DNA of 64,000 bases, from positions 97,209-161,208 of IMG/VR virus record IMGVR_UViG_3300037042_006682. One strand, given 5' to 3'. Within the stretch, counting starts at the first letter, position 1, and each line of letters opens with the position of its first letter. A model generated the notes under the pieces. It saw only the letters and a program-made list of their open reading frames with translations, was not told where the DNA came from and made no database searches. The stretch comes from a virus. This document shows positions 28,201-37,328 of this stretch, piece after piece. Position numbers and translations under genes: made by a program.

Positions 28201-29815
28201 AATACAGAAAGGCCAATCGGTAAATCGCCGCTTGTACCTTTAACGCCCAACCCATATACACAGACGCTTCCTGCATCGAAACAATGCACTTGCCGTATCC
28301 AGTGGCCAAAGACACCCAACATTCAATCGTAAAATCCTGTGACGTGATCACCATCTTTGAATACGGATTGTTATAGCGTGTTTTAGCCGTCCCCGTCGTC
28401 ACCGTCCACACCCGATCTGGTTTGGCCTTATCAAAGATGTTAACCCCCGATTGAATATAACCAAAATCCTGATCCCCCGGAATTAAAACCTTGGTATTCG
28501 CCGTAACGGTATAGGACGCCTCCGATGGCACGGTAAAACTGGTCCCCGTCCATAGTGCCGCGCCCAGGGTGACGCGAAAATACGACAGAAACAAAGAAGC
28601 AACATTGTAATAATTCCCACCTATGTAAACATCATACCCATTAAGATTTTTTATACTAACCGTGATCGCCTCATCCGTACCACACTGTACGCCATCCTGG
28701 AACATACGCAGGACATTCCCCGTACGCACCCACGCGACATGATGCCACGCACCATTCTGATTCGAGACAGGCGTCGTCTTTGTCACTGTCGTCGTATTAA
28801 TACCATCCGAACTATAAATAAAGGTCAAAGCGTTAGCACTAGCCCGACAGATCCAACACATCCCGCCCGACGCACCATACTTTGTGTACACCTCGTCCAC
28901 ATAAAATCTGATCCATACATCCACCGTAAAATCCGCACTGCCAAACGACAACTGCGTCCCACTGTCATTCCACCGCAACGACGCCCCGTCGATCCACAAA
29001 TACGGATTCGACGCGAAATCCTGTGTCCACGAATACGACGCATTCCCCTCCCACGTGCGCGCTTGGATCCCCCCCTGCCCCGTAACCAGGGCGGTCCCCA
29101 CGGGCGTCGGTACCATCTTGCTGATCGCATTGCCCACCGTGTCCAACGTCCAGTCATACCATGTCGCACACCCCGCTGGCCGAGGGGGGGGCACATTGCG
29201 CCGTGGCGGCGTGAACGCCGCTGTCCACAATGCCTTCCCCTTCACCACGCGCGTCCACCCCAGTTCCCCAGCAAAATACGTTGAACCATCGGTCCCGAGC
29301 CTAACCGAACCGGCGGTCGTCGTCGTCCCACTGGCCGTCTGGGTCCCGACCTGGACCCCATTCGCAAACAGTCGATGTACATTGCCACTGCGTGTAACGG
29401 CTACATGTGTCCATACGCCTGTGAGCAACGCATTATTCGTACTAGAAAAACTTACCAAATTCGTCACAACCGTCATCGCCTGATTAGCTGCCGTCGACAG
29501 TCTTAATGACTCAATATTACAGAAACACTGTACACCAATGCTATCCCGCATAACGTACAAATCAACCGTGTAATCCCCCGTGCCAAAATCCAACTGATAC
29601 CCGTAGGTGCTAGAATCAGTCAGCGTAGAACTCGTTCCATTGTATATCATCCCCTCTAGTGGCATCATTTTTTCAGTATTGATCTCTGTGTGCGAGACAC
29701 TGACATTCGTTCCCGTGTATGTATAACGCCGATTGCCCCGCGAGGGATTGAACGGGATCACGCAAGGCAACCCCCGTGGCACTTCCCGCGTCCACCGCTT
29801 TTGCCCACCCGGCAT
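25244..29815 (-). CDS. Large multi-LamG (concanavalin A-like lectin) virion protein
   Basis: Seven repeats of (D/N/P)(F/Y)T(V/I/L)xx(W/Y)...WxHxAxxRxG...FxxG/YxxG, most ending FTPP; lower GC. Confidence 0.85.
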   Translation of the reverse strand: MPGGQKRWTREVPRGLPCVIPFNPSRGNRRYTYTGTNVSVSHTEINTEKMMPLEGMIYNGTSSTLTDSSTYGYQLDFGTGDYTVDLYVMRDSIGVQCFCNIESLRLSTAANQAMTVVTNLVSFSSTNNALLTGVWTHVAVTRSGNVHRLFANGVQVGTQTASGTTTTAGSVRLGTDGSTYFAGELGWTRVVKGKALWTAAFTPPRRNVPPPRPAGCATWYDWTLDTVGNAISKMVPTPVGTALVTGQGGIQARTWEGNASYSWTQDFASNPYLWIDGASLRWNDSGTQLSFGSADFTVDVWIRFYVDEVYTKYGASGGMCWICRASANALTFIYSSDGINTTTVTKTTPVSNQNGAWHHVAWVRTGNVLRMFQDGVQCGTDEAITVSIKNLNGYDVYIGGNYYNVASLFLSYFRVTLGAALWTGTSFTVPSEASYTVTANTKVLIPGDQDFGYIQSGVNIFDKAKPDRVWTVTTGTAKTRYNNPYSKMVITSQDFTIECWVSLATGYGKCIVSMQEASVYMGWALKVQAAIYRLAFLYSTASGATVTVDSTVTLELSRWYHVAISRVGSSLLFAIDGKTETFSIGSSVLEFTSAPLMLAAEFTGYYTAVNYFLGKIAGLRIAIGQALYAGDFAPPTKMLRKNSSVVFVDDEEQLEHLEATWYAQTSSTTPFNLGYGNYTLDAWVFSEWNNASQYITEICSRSSDYSFLVTKTGALSCGTGDAVVSVAGVVPQRKWTHVAFVRSGMGAGQGKLYVNGVEPAYSSQPTPWQSLSSSQPFTVGSVSAAFHYGRMVNIRFTAAARWTAPFTPPVTTADYAEMSNVKFFLRGNSVEVGLGFRLVDAGPDGMSFPGSLGGTLSEYRGMPVRGGTVATNTGGSMARRAERPAGLISTGGTSNYQRMHRTFGGMGYAIAFQSGARACCVQTAFDFTKFEAIYEAGTGNKYYLANDPFTIHLWFRYAGTAYPKILLNRGVALSNTSVAFRLSINSATQLGWKAVNAGATEHAITASRAGVTLNDGNWHHAAIVRSGTTTTVYIDGVSGGSETSSTEYWDNMSGYFTIGDSGGANPSGQQLILGAIACVEVLKGTALWTTSFTPPTDRRDFVHSGSIASVSPEFLTGTTQVMPYDRVALAEFSHDVLSTPGWIATPVNGTVFGTQDFTVDFWTRGSYSLTEFDLFVNSCNWPLSSVETYGAIRIYTNTSGYFCFSVYNGSVQYVVPSYTSRIANVWQHVALVRVGTTITLYVGGVSVCSQVVASNYSLINWVALGWAAYGTTNETTAGYADQLRIFVGKALWTGAFTPPTTVDQYRRAYTAECQHWVHGSRKVSPTVKASPKIECNGSMSQPWWVVAFGVEVVPQTAIRMPLSLGAGDFTIEFWVHLTSAPGSGVYGIVVGGCALMGGNNYGFQIVQTTGKIIQAMLYDVTRTLAATVNSSVLGIGWTHIAVVRSGSSLKMFKNGYMSESVTTTTLVGASSATPTFFNDAQAASRSMAGSISNFQCHVGVAKYKQNFIPDPCDARMPNQITRY

Positions 29816-29818
29816 GGC

Positions 29819-32800
29819 CTACAGCACCACGAAGACGAGTTGCACGCTCGCCGTCAACGCATCGTCGTTGGTCCCCGCCGCATCCGTACTCAACTCGATC
29901 GCCTGGCCATTGGTGATCCCGTAGTTCGCCGTGCTGATGTCCACCGCCGACGAGACCCAGACCGTATTGCTCATGTCCCACCCGTTGTTCGAGTTCGCCG
30001 TGCCCACCTTGTTCCCGTTGACCACCGCATTGAGGCGCGGTTGCAACGTCCCCGTGTCCATGCTCTCGGTCTTGTGCACCACCCGCACACAATAGGCGGG
30101 GCCATGCTCCCAGCGCGCCCACTGCCCCATCACGTCCCACAACAGGGTCGTGCTCGCCACCGTCGCAAAGGCCCCGTCCAGGCGGAACTCTCGCAGGACC
30201 ACGTTGGAAAGCGCCGCGTATTCCAACTCGTCGTCATCGTTCGTCGTCATGGGCGCCCCGGCGATCGTCACCGTGCCCGTGCTGTACCCCGTCACGATCC
30301 CGTAGCGCCAGGTCCCCGCCGTCGCGCGATACCGCAGGGGCCGTCCCGCCACGAAGATCCCCTGGTTCGTCGCGTTGTCCGTCACCGTGAACGTGCTGTC
30401 TGCCGTCCGCGTGAACGGCGTCACCGCCGTCCAGGAACTCGCGCCTCCCCCACTGCTGCTCGCGGGCTGGTCGTACCACCCCTTGGTGCCCGAGGCGTTC
30501 GTCCCATAGAGCTTCGTGTTGCCCGGCGTCGCACTATCGTTGACGAGGTTGACCGTCGTGGTCCCCGTGATCGAGTGCTGGAAGGTGATCGGCGCCTGGT
30601 AGTCGGTCCCCGCCGATGCCGCACTAATGAGCCCCGCCGTCGCCTTGAGCAGGCCGCCCAGGGCCGTTGCCAACGTCGTGGTGCCCACCACCTCCACGTT
30701 CCCGTCCAGGTACGTGACCCCGTTGACCTCCAACCGGCCCGCCACGAGGAGGTCCGCGTCCGTGTTGAAGGTGTGCGAGGTCGTCCCGCTAAGGCCGATG
30801 CGCGCGTAACCCGTGCCCGCGCCCGCGAGGCTGAGGATCGTGTTGTTGTAGCTCGTGAGCTGCTGCGCGGTGCCCCGCAGGCTGACCGCCCCGTCGTCGC
30901 CCACGACCACCGTGGAGTCCTGCGCGCTCGTCCCCGTCGCACCGTTCCACCGCATGATGGCGTGGTCCGTGCTGCTGCCCACCCCCACCACGGCCCCATC
31001 CAGGTTCATCTGGATGATGTCCCAGTAGGCCCCCACCGTCGCGTGGTCCCCCGTGGGCGTGCTGTCCGTCGTGCAGACCATCATGTCGCCCGCCTCGACG
31101 TTCGGCCCACTCGCCCCGCCAATCTTGCCCGCCACGCTCACGCGGTAGGTGTCCCCCGCATCCGCTGCCGGATAGTTGGGGTTCGTCGAGCAGTTGAGCG
31201 CCCCCTTGTAGGTCATGGGGTCCGTCACGTCGACGCCGGCATTCTTCCAGACCGCCCCCGTGTACCACCGCACGTTCGTGCCGTCCCACTCCACGGTCCC
31301 CGCGAGGGCCGTCGCGTTCTGATGCGCCCCGATCACGATCGCCCCGTTACCGGAGCCATCCTTGAGGTGCAGGCGCTCGCCCGGCGCGGCCTGGCCGATG
31401 CCCGTGTAGCCCGACGCCTTGAGCTGGTAGATCGTCGCGACCGCCCAGGCCCCCGTGTCGTTGTAAATGATCTGCGTGTCCCCAGCGGGCGGCGCATGCG
31501 TGTGCGCGTCCAATGTCCCTAGGGCCGTCTGCACGTCCACATCCGTCCCACTGAGCTTGCCCGTGAACCCCGAGGCGACCACGGTGATCGCACTCGCGGG
31601 GTGCGCCCCGAGCAACTGCCGGTTCGTGAGGCTCTGGTGATCCGTCGCCACGTAGGTCCCCGACGAGACGACCGCCAGGCTGCGGAGGTCCTGCGCCTCC
31701 TCGTACGGCGTCGCGTCGTTGCGCAAGATCACGCGGAACAGGACCTTCATCTCCGCGAAGGGGAGGTTCGTCAGCGCGAGCTGGTCGTAGGCGTTGTTCG
31801 TGCGCGCAGCGGCGAGCGTGGTGTCCTTGCGCTGCCCCATGATCACGTAGATCGGGCACGTGGGGTCGTTCCCCACGAAGAACCAGTAGGCCACGTACTC
31901 GTTCGATCCCAACTCCGTCAGCGTCCCCGCGTTATCGTAGCAGAGGTTCGTGTTCTGGACGGTGTAGTAGTCCGTCCCCTTGGCCGTCCAGACCCAGTTC
32001 CCACTCGACCGCCGGAGGATGCGGCCCTGCGTCTGCTCCCCGATGACCATGCGCATATCCTCGTCGCGATATACGCCCTCGGTGATCGTGAAGGTCGTGT
32101 TGCCGAAGGTGCCCCCGAACCCGTTCACGTACCGCGCGCCCAGGCACTCGTGGAAATACTGGTGCGTGGCCCAGTCCATGACGAGCCCGTGGCGCTCCTC
32201 GCCGGGGCGCCCCTCGGCCAGTGTGCTGTTCCAGTACACCGTCTGGACGGGCACGATCCCGCCGTCGAGCGTCCAGGCCCCCGAGGACTTCTGGAGCACC
32301 CCGCTGGCGTCGAAGTAGATGTACCAGAGCCCCGTGGTGTCATCGAGCGTCACCGTCTGGGCCGCGCTCTTCGTGTACTTGTTGCCCTTCGTGTAGAAGT
32401 CGAAACTCGTCACGGTCGGGGCGATCGTGACCTCGCGCGTCGTCGCATTGAAACTGACCGTGGAATCCGTACGGTTGGGGAACCCCGTGGGCTCCGCCTG
32501 GAGCGTCGCAAACAGCGTCGAGGGCGTGTAGTCCCACGTGGCGTCCCCCCGCAAGAACTTGGTCGCGTCGTTCGGCGCGCGGGGCACGAGCCCGTGCATG
32601 CCCGTCGTCACGTCCGCCGTCGTCACGTTGCTGAGCGTCAGCGCCCCCTCGGCGATGGCCGATCCGTCCCCCCCGATGTGGTCGTGCGTGTCCCCGTTGG
32701 TCACGAGGCGGGCCGTAAGGTTGCTCTCCACCCCCGCGCTATCCAGCGTGAAGATCTCGGTCGCGCTACTGACTGCCTTCACGTAGATCCGCAGTTTGGT

Positions 32801-32971
32801 GGCGGCCGGGGTGCTGGGCTTCACGATCTCCGTCAGGCCGATCGACGTGGACGCCGTGACGGCCTCGGCCTCCGTCGCCCCGAGCGCCACCTCGTCCGCG
32901 CCCACGCGCCGCACCTCGGCATCGCCGCCGTACACCGTCTTGTTGTTCGCCGCATCGTGAATCAGCGCCAT
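29819..32971 (-). CDS. Tail fibre protein
   Basis: HGLVP..KFLRGDATW, HPASAI, VQTALGTLD and GDTYRVSVAG fibre modules. Confidence 0.75.
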   Translation of the reverse strand: MALIHDAANNKTVYGGDAEVRRVGADEVALGATEAEAVTASTSIGLTEIVKPSTPAATKLRIYVKAVSSATEIFTLDSAGVESNLTARLVTNGDTHDHIGGDGSAIAEGALTLSNVTTADVTTGMHGLVPRAPNDATKFLRGDATWDYTPSTLFATLQAEPTGFPNRTDSTVSFNATTREVTIAPTVTSFDFYTKGNKYTKSAAQTVTLDDTTGLWYIYFDASGVLQKSSGAWTLDGGIVPVQTVYWNSTLAEGRPGEERHGLVMDWATHQYFHECLGARYVNGFGGTFGNTTFTITEGVYRDEDMRMVIGEQTQGRILRRSSGNWVWTAKGTDYYTVQNTNLCYDNAGTLTELGSNEYVAYWFFVGNDPTCPIYVIMGQRKDTTLAAARTNNAYDQLALTNLPFAEMKVLFRVILRNDATPYEEAQDLRSLAVVSSGTYVATDHQSLTNRQLLGAHPASAITVVASGFTGKLSGTDVDVQTALGTLDAHTHAPPAGDTQIIYNDTGAWAVATIYQLKASGYTGIGQAAPGERLHLKDGSGNGAIVIGAHQNATALAGTVEWDGTNVRWYTGAVWKNAGVDVTDPMTYKGALNCSTNPNYPAADAGDTYRVSVAGKIGGASGPNVEAGDMMVCTTDSTPTGDHATVGAYWDIIQMNLDGAVVGVGSSTDHAIMRWNGATGTSAQDSTVVVGDDGAVSLRGTAQQLTSYNNTILSLAGAGTGYARIGLSGTTSHTFNTDADLLVAGRLEVNGVTYLDGNVEVVGTTTLATALGGLLKATAGLISAASAGTDYQAPITFQHSITGTTTVNLVNDSATPGNTKLYGTNASGTKGWYDQPASSSGGGASSWTAVTPFTRTADSTFTVTDNATNQGIFVAGRPLRYRATAGTWRYGIVTGYSTGTVTIAGAPMTTNDDDELEYAALSNVVLREFRLDGAFATVASTTLLWDVMGQWARWEHGPAYCVRVVHKTESMDTGTLQPRLNAVVNGNKVGTANSNNGWDMSNTVWVSSAVDISTANYGITNGQAIELSTDAAGTNDDALTASVQLVFVVL

Positions 32972-32986
32972 CGGTCAGTCCCTCTC

Positions 32987-33006
32987 CTGCGTATGCGCAT
33001 ACGCAG
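32987..33006. promoter_or_regulatory. Perfect YR palindrome CTGCGTATGCGCATACGCAG
   Basis: Intergenic, abutting the RBS. Confidence 0.85.
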
Positions 33007-33011
33007 CGTCG

Positions 33012-35921
33012 TCACGCGAAGGTGTGCTTGGTCGTCCAGGTGCCCGCGATCCGCTTCTCGACCACGAGGTCGTCCCCGGTGCGCCCCGTGCGCCACGACC
33101 CGTTCGTGGTCGGATCGCCGTAGTAGGTCCACGCATCGCTGGCGACCTCGATGTCCCCGCCCACGTCGAGCCGCGAGCTGGGCGCCGCCACGTTGATGCC
33201 GACCCGCTTGTTCGTATCGTCCCACACCCACTCCGAGGTCTCGGCGTAGGTCCACTTGGTGTTCCCGTTATCCCAGAAGAGGAGCTGCCCGGCCGCCGTG
33301 CCCGCATCCACCGTAGTGCCGCCCCCCGCCGCGATCCAACTGCACACGCCCGCTGTGGTCGCGCTGAGCACGTAGCCCGTCACGCCCGGCGCCGCCGCTG
33401 GGAGCGTCATCGTCCACGATCCCGCCGCGTCCGCCACCTTGAGCGTCACGGCGCCCGAGGTCGTGCCCAACAGGTCGATCCGGCCCGTCGCCCCGCCCGC
33501 CTTGCCGATCTGCACCACGCCTACATCCGTGATCCGCACGCGCTCGACCGAGGTCGCGGTGTCACTGGGCGTCGTGTTGAACGTCAGATGCCCGCCGTTC
33601 GCTCCAGAGGCCCAGGTCTGCGCCGCGAAGGCCCCGATCCACGCCGTCCCCCTGAATCCCGCCTCGTAACCGCAGAAATACAGGGCACCCAAGGCATCCC
33701 CGCTGGAGACCACCGAGGGCGACGCATCGCTCGTCCCGCGCGCCCGCCCTACCAACAAGGTCCCCTGATCGGACGCCGTGTTGCTAACCCCAAACACCGC
33801 CTGATAGGCGCTACCCACCCGCGTGAGCTGGAAATCAAACATCGGCGTGTAGGCGCCCATCCGCAACTTGTTGTCGCTGGTGAGCCGCATCCGCTCAACA
33901 AAGGCCCCTGCCCCACTCATCGTCGAGAAAACGATCCGCCCCGGCACGTAGATCCCTGACAGCGCCGCGTCGACCTCGAACCCGACACCGGACGACACGC
34001 GATAGCACGCTGAGGTGTTCGTGTTCCACCCATAGGCGTAGAACCCGCCCAAGGTATCCCCACTGGCAACCACCGTCTTAGAAGCGACCGTCCCGTTGCA
34101 GCGCAGGAACTCGTAGTAGGCCGCCCCCGCCGATGACTCATTGGCGATGCTGTTATAGCCCGCTGCCCCTGACACCACGAGGCGCCGGTTCTGGACCGCC
34201 CCCTCGATGATGGGATCCACCGTCGTGTTGATCTGCACGTAGCCCGCACTTGTGACCCGCACGCGCTCCACCGACGCGGCACTTCCCGTCGGCGTCGTCA
34301 AAATCCGCAGGTGGGATCCCGCCGCCGAGTTCGTGTACGCCTCGTCCGCGTATGCCTGGAGCGCCACCGGCAGCACCCACTGCGAGGTCCCGAACCCGAT
34401 AAAGGTGTACTGCCCGAGGAAGTCCCCGCTCTGCGTCGCCGTGGGGGCCAGCCGCGTCCCGCGCGTGTGCCCTGCGTAGTAGTACGCCCCGTGGGCGGCC
34501 GTGGCGGAGTGCACGATGTTCGCGATCTCGGTGATCACGCTCTCACGCGAAACCGTCAGCGGCCACTCTACCGAAGCTGGGCCGTTTCCGATGTTAAGGC
34601 CGTTGCTCGTAAACCGCGCCACTTCGGCCGAGGTCGCCGACCCCGAAAAACACGTATACACCGCGAGGTCCGAGCGAGCCGTACTGTTCGTGAATGCCTC
34701 TCGCGCTATCGCTCGGATCGAAACGGCATTGACCCATGTCGAGGCGCCATAGCCGCTGAAATACACCAACCCGATCACGTCATTCGTCTGGATCGCCGTC
34801 GGCGTCGCGAGGGATCCGCGCGAGCGATAGAGCCCCATCAACGTCGGGTCTGTGATCGAAGCCGTCAGCCCCAGGATGTGCACCTGGCCATCCCGCCGCA
34901 CATCCAACTGGGTCGCAGGCGCCGAGTGCCCGATCCCCAACCACTTGTTCGTGTTGTCCCAGAACAGGTTCGCGTCGGCGTTGAACGCCCCGCCCGTATT
35001 GAACTGCACCCACCCCGTGCTGCCCGCTGCTGCCGCCGCCACGGCCGCCCACGAGGTCACCCCGCTGCCGTTCGTCTTAAGGTAGTAACCATCCGTGCCG
35101 TTGGTAGCAGGGTACTGGAACGTCGTCGTCCCCGCCACTGCCGCCACTTGAACAGTGCATGTGCCCGAGGTCCCACCCGCCAAACTTAGGGATCCCGCTG
35201 TCGTCCCTGCCGTCCCCAGAGTCAACAGGGCAGCCGGTGCTGCATTGGCAATCCCAACCTTGCCATCGCCAGTAATCCGCACGCGCTCCGCGAAGGTCGT
35301 CCCGTCCAGCGTACTGATCGTGACGTGCGTCTTCTTCGCCGTCGTGCCGTCCGCCACCACCCCGATCTGCGCCCCCACGTAGTCCGCCCCCGCACTACGC
35401 CCTGAGATCGAGATGAGCCCTAAAGTGTCCCCCGTGTTGATGTCCGCTGGCGAGGCTGCCGTGCCCCGCGTCCGATGGAGCGCCAGGACCGCCGGGGCGT
35501 CCGCCGTCGCGCTGTAATTCCGCTGCTTGATCCCGCGCGCCCCCGCGCTCTCCGTCACCACATCGAAGTCGACCGTCGGCGTGCTCGTCCCGAGGCCCAC
35601 GCGACTGGTGCCATGGTCCCAATACAGCGTCGCCGCCCCGTTCACCGTCCCGCCATCGTTGAACTGGATCTGATGGTCGCTGCCGCCCGCCCCCGCCGCG
35701 TCCGTCGTGTAGGCGAGCCCCTTCCAGACCGCATTCGTGAAGACCTTAACCCGATCGACCGCCGTATCGTAGAAGCACATCCCCTCCTGGGGATCGCCCG
35801 TCCCGTCGCCCGCACTGTCCCACTTGTTCGCACGGATCCACGCCAGCACCGACCCCGTCCCGGTCTCCGTCGCGTACTCCCCCTGATAATGCTTCTGCCG
35901 GTAAGGATTCGTCAGGCCCAT
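33012..35921 (-). CDS. Tail fibre protein with five knob-like repeats
   Basis: Five copies of RxxG(T/S)...D.(L/I)G...E(R/V)xR(I/V/L/F)T; two QFNxGG motifs; VGI stems. Confidence 0.8.
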   Translation of the reverse strand: MGLTNPYRQKHYQGEYATETGTGSVLAWIRANKWDSAGDGTGDPQEGMCFYDTAVDRVKVFTNAVWKGLAYTTDAAGAGGSDHQIQFNDGGTVNGAATLYWDHGTSRVGLGTSTPTVDFDVVTESAGARGIKQRNYSATADAPAVLALHRTRGTAASPADINTGDTLGLISISGRSAGADYVGAQIGVVADGTTAKKTHVTISTLDGTTFAERVRITGDGKVGIANAAPAALLTLGTAGTTAGSLSLAGGTSGTCTVQVAAVAGTTTFQYPATNGTDGYYLKTNGSGVTSWAAVAAAAAGSTGWVQFNTGGAFNADANLFWDNTNKWLGIGHSAPATQLDVRRDGQVHILGLTASITDPTLMGLYRSRGSLATPTAIQTNDVIGLVYFSGYGASTWVNAVSIRAIAREAFTNSTARSDLAVYTCFSGSATSAEVARFTSNGLNIGNGPASVEWPLTVSRESVITEIANIVHSATAAHGAYYYAGHTRGTRLAPTATQSGDFLGQYTFIGFGTSQWVLPVALQAYADEAYTNSAAGSHLRILTTPTGSAASVERVRVTSAGYVQINTTVDPIIEGAVQNRRLVVSGAAGYNSIANESSAGAAYYEFLRCNGTVASKTVVASGDTLGGFYAYGWNTNTSACYRVSSGVGFEVDAALSGIYVPGRIVFSTMSGAGAFVERMRLTSDNKLRMGAYTPMFDFQLTRVGSAYQAVFGVSNTASDQGTLLVGRARGTSDASPSVVSSGDALGALYFCGYEAGFRGTAWIGAFAAQTWASGANGGHLTFNTTPSDTATSVERVRITDVGVVQIGKAGGATGRIDLLGTTSGAVTLKVADAAGSWTMTLPAAAPGVTGYVLSATTAGVCSWIAAGGGTTVDAGTAAGQLLFWDNGNTKWTYAETSEWVWDDTNKRVGINVAAPSSRLDVGGDIEVASDAWTYYGDPTTNGSWRTGRTGDDLVVEKRIAGTWTTKHTFA

Positions 35922-35972
35922 CGATCGCACCTCTCAGCGCCGCGCAGTCAGGCAGCTCTCTACATCGAGCCT

Positions 35973-36049
35973 AAAAGAGCCGAGGTGCCCCGCGTGCGCC
36001 TAGAGAGGGAGGGTCCAATTCCTGACCCCAAGCCCACGCGGGACACCTC
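35973..36049 (-). other. Long intergenic stem-loop with inner hairpin and short U tract (terminator or processing site)
   Basis: 15-bp arms 35982-35996 / 36035-36049; inner GGGTC/GACCC; followed by CTCTTTT. Confidence 0.55.
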
Positions 36050-36065
36050 CGCATCCGTTCCGATC

Positions 36066-37268
36066 TCAGACCACGAACCACACCGCCGCCGCCGCGATCC
36101 CCGCCGTCTTGCACACGTAGAGGATGTCGTTACTGGTGTCGAGGACGAACTCGCCCTTGACGCCCGCGACGTTGGTGTTCGGATTGCCCGCGTAGAACTG
36201 CATGGAGCGCACGCCGTCGCTGTCGACGACGAGGCCGCCCTTGGTCGCCACCGCCGCCGCGACCACCGCGAGCGCCGAGCCAGCGCCACCCGTGATGCCG
36301 TTCCCAGCCACGCCACTATTGAGCTGCGTGGCGGTGATCCCGCCGTTCTTGACGATGAGGGAGCCCGGCCCGGTGCCGCTCACGCCGATCGTGCTGTTGT
36401 CGTAGTTGACGCCGATGTCGTTGTTGCCCACCGTGATCCCGCCGGTATCCGCCGCGCCGACGTTCAGGGTGTTGCCGTCCTTCGTGAGGCCCGCGCCCGC
36501 GTTGATCTGTCCGGCGCCCGTGAACTGGACCCACACGGAGCCGCTGTACACGTAGCCCCAGTTCTCGTAGAGGCTGCCATCCGCGCTGACGATCACGGCG
36601 TCGGCATCGGCCGCCGCCACGAAGCTCCAGGCCGTCCCGCTGTACTGCGCGAACTTCTTGCCGTGCCCCGTGAAGGACCCCGCCGCCGTGCCGCTGAGAC
36701 CCGTGATGACCGCACGGGTGCCCGCCCCGATGGCCCCGAGATCCGTCCACACCGTGCCGCTGTACTCGTACATGTGGCCGTCGGTGTACAGGGTCGGGGT
36801 CTCCTCCCAGTTGTTGGCGATGTGCGTCTCGCCCTTGACGCCCGTCGGCACCACATGGCTGGTGTCCGCGTCACTGACGAGGTTGATCACCTTCACGGGC
36901 TGCTTCCACGCGAGGCCCGAGGCCACGCTGTCCACGTAGCCCTTGTTCGCGGCGTCGGTCGCATCATCGGGCGCGAGCAGCCCGGTGATCTTGTGGGTGT
37001 TCATGTCGATGGTGTAGGACCCCGCGCTGTTGCCCGCCGCCAACACGGAGGCCAAGGTCGGCGTGCTGGACGTGATGTCCGCCCACGCCGTGCCGTTCCA
37101 CACCATTACCCGCGCCGTCGCCGTGTTGAAGAACATGACGCCGAGGCCCACGCTAGCCCCGAGCGTGCCCCACCCGAGGGTGGTCTCGAAGAACGTGGTC
37201 GCTGCGCCACTGGTCGCGTGATCGCCGATGAATGCGTGCTGTCTGTACGGACTGGTAAACCCTGCCAT
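36066..37268 (-). CDS. Tail fibre protein
   Basis: DMNTHKITGL..P..DAANKGYVD..SGLAWK; WVQFTGAGQINAGAGLTKDGN. Confidence 0.8.
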   Translation of the reverse strand: MAGFTSPYRQHAFIGDHATSGAATTFFETTLGWGTLGASVGLGVMFFNTATARVMVWNGTAWADITSSTPTLASVLAAGNSAGSYTIDMNTHKITGLLAPDDATDAANKGYVDSVASGLAWKQPVKVINLVSDADTSHVVPTGVKGETHIANNWEETPTLYTDGHMYEYSGTVWTDLGAIGAGTRAVITGLSGTAAGSFTGHGKKFAQYSGTAWSFVAAADADAVIVSADGSLYENWGYVYSGSVWVQFTGAGQINAGAGLTKDGNTLNVGAADTGGITVGNNDIGVNYDNSTIGVSGTGPGSLIVKNGGITATQLNSGVAGNGITGGAGSALAVVAAAVATKGGLVVDSDGVRSMQFYAGNPNTNVAGVKGEFVLDTSNDILYVCKTAGIAAAAVWFVV

Positions 37269-37328
37269 CTGTGATCTCCTTGTGTCAGTGCGCCGGGTTT
37301 CCCGGTCGCCTTCGTTGGGGTCGCCGAC

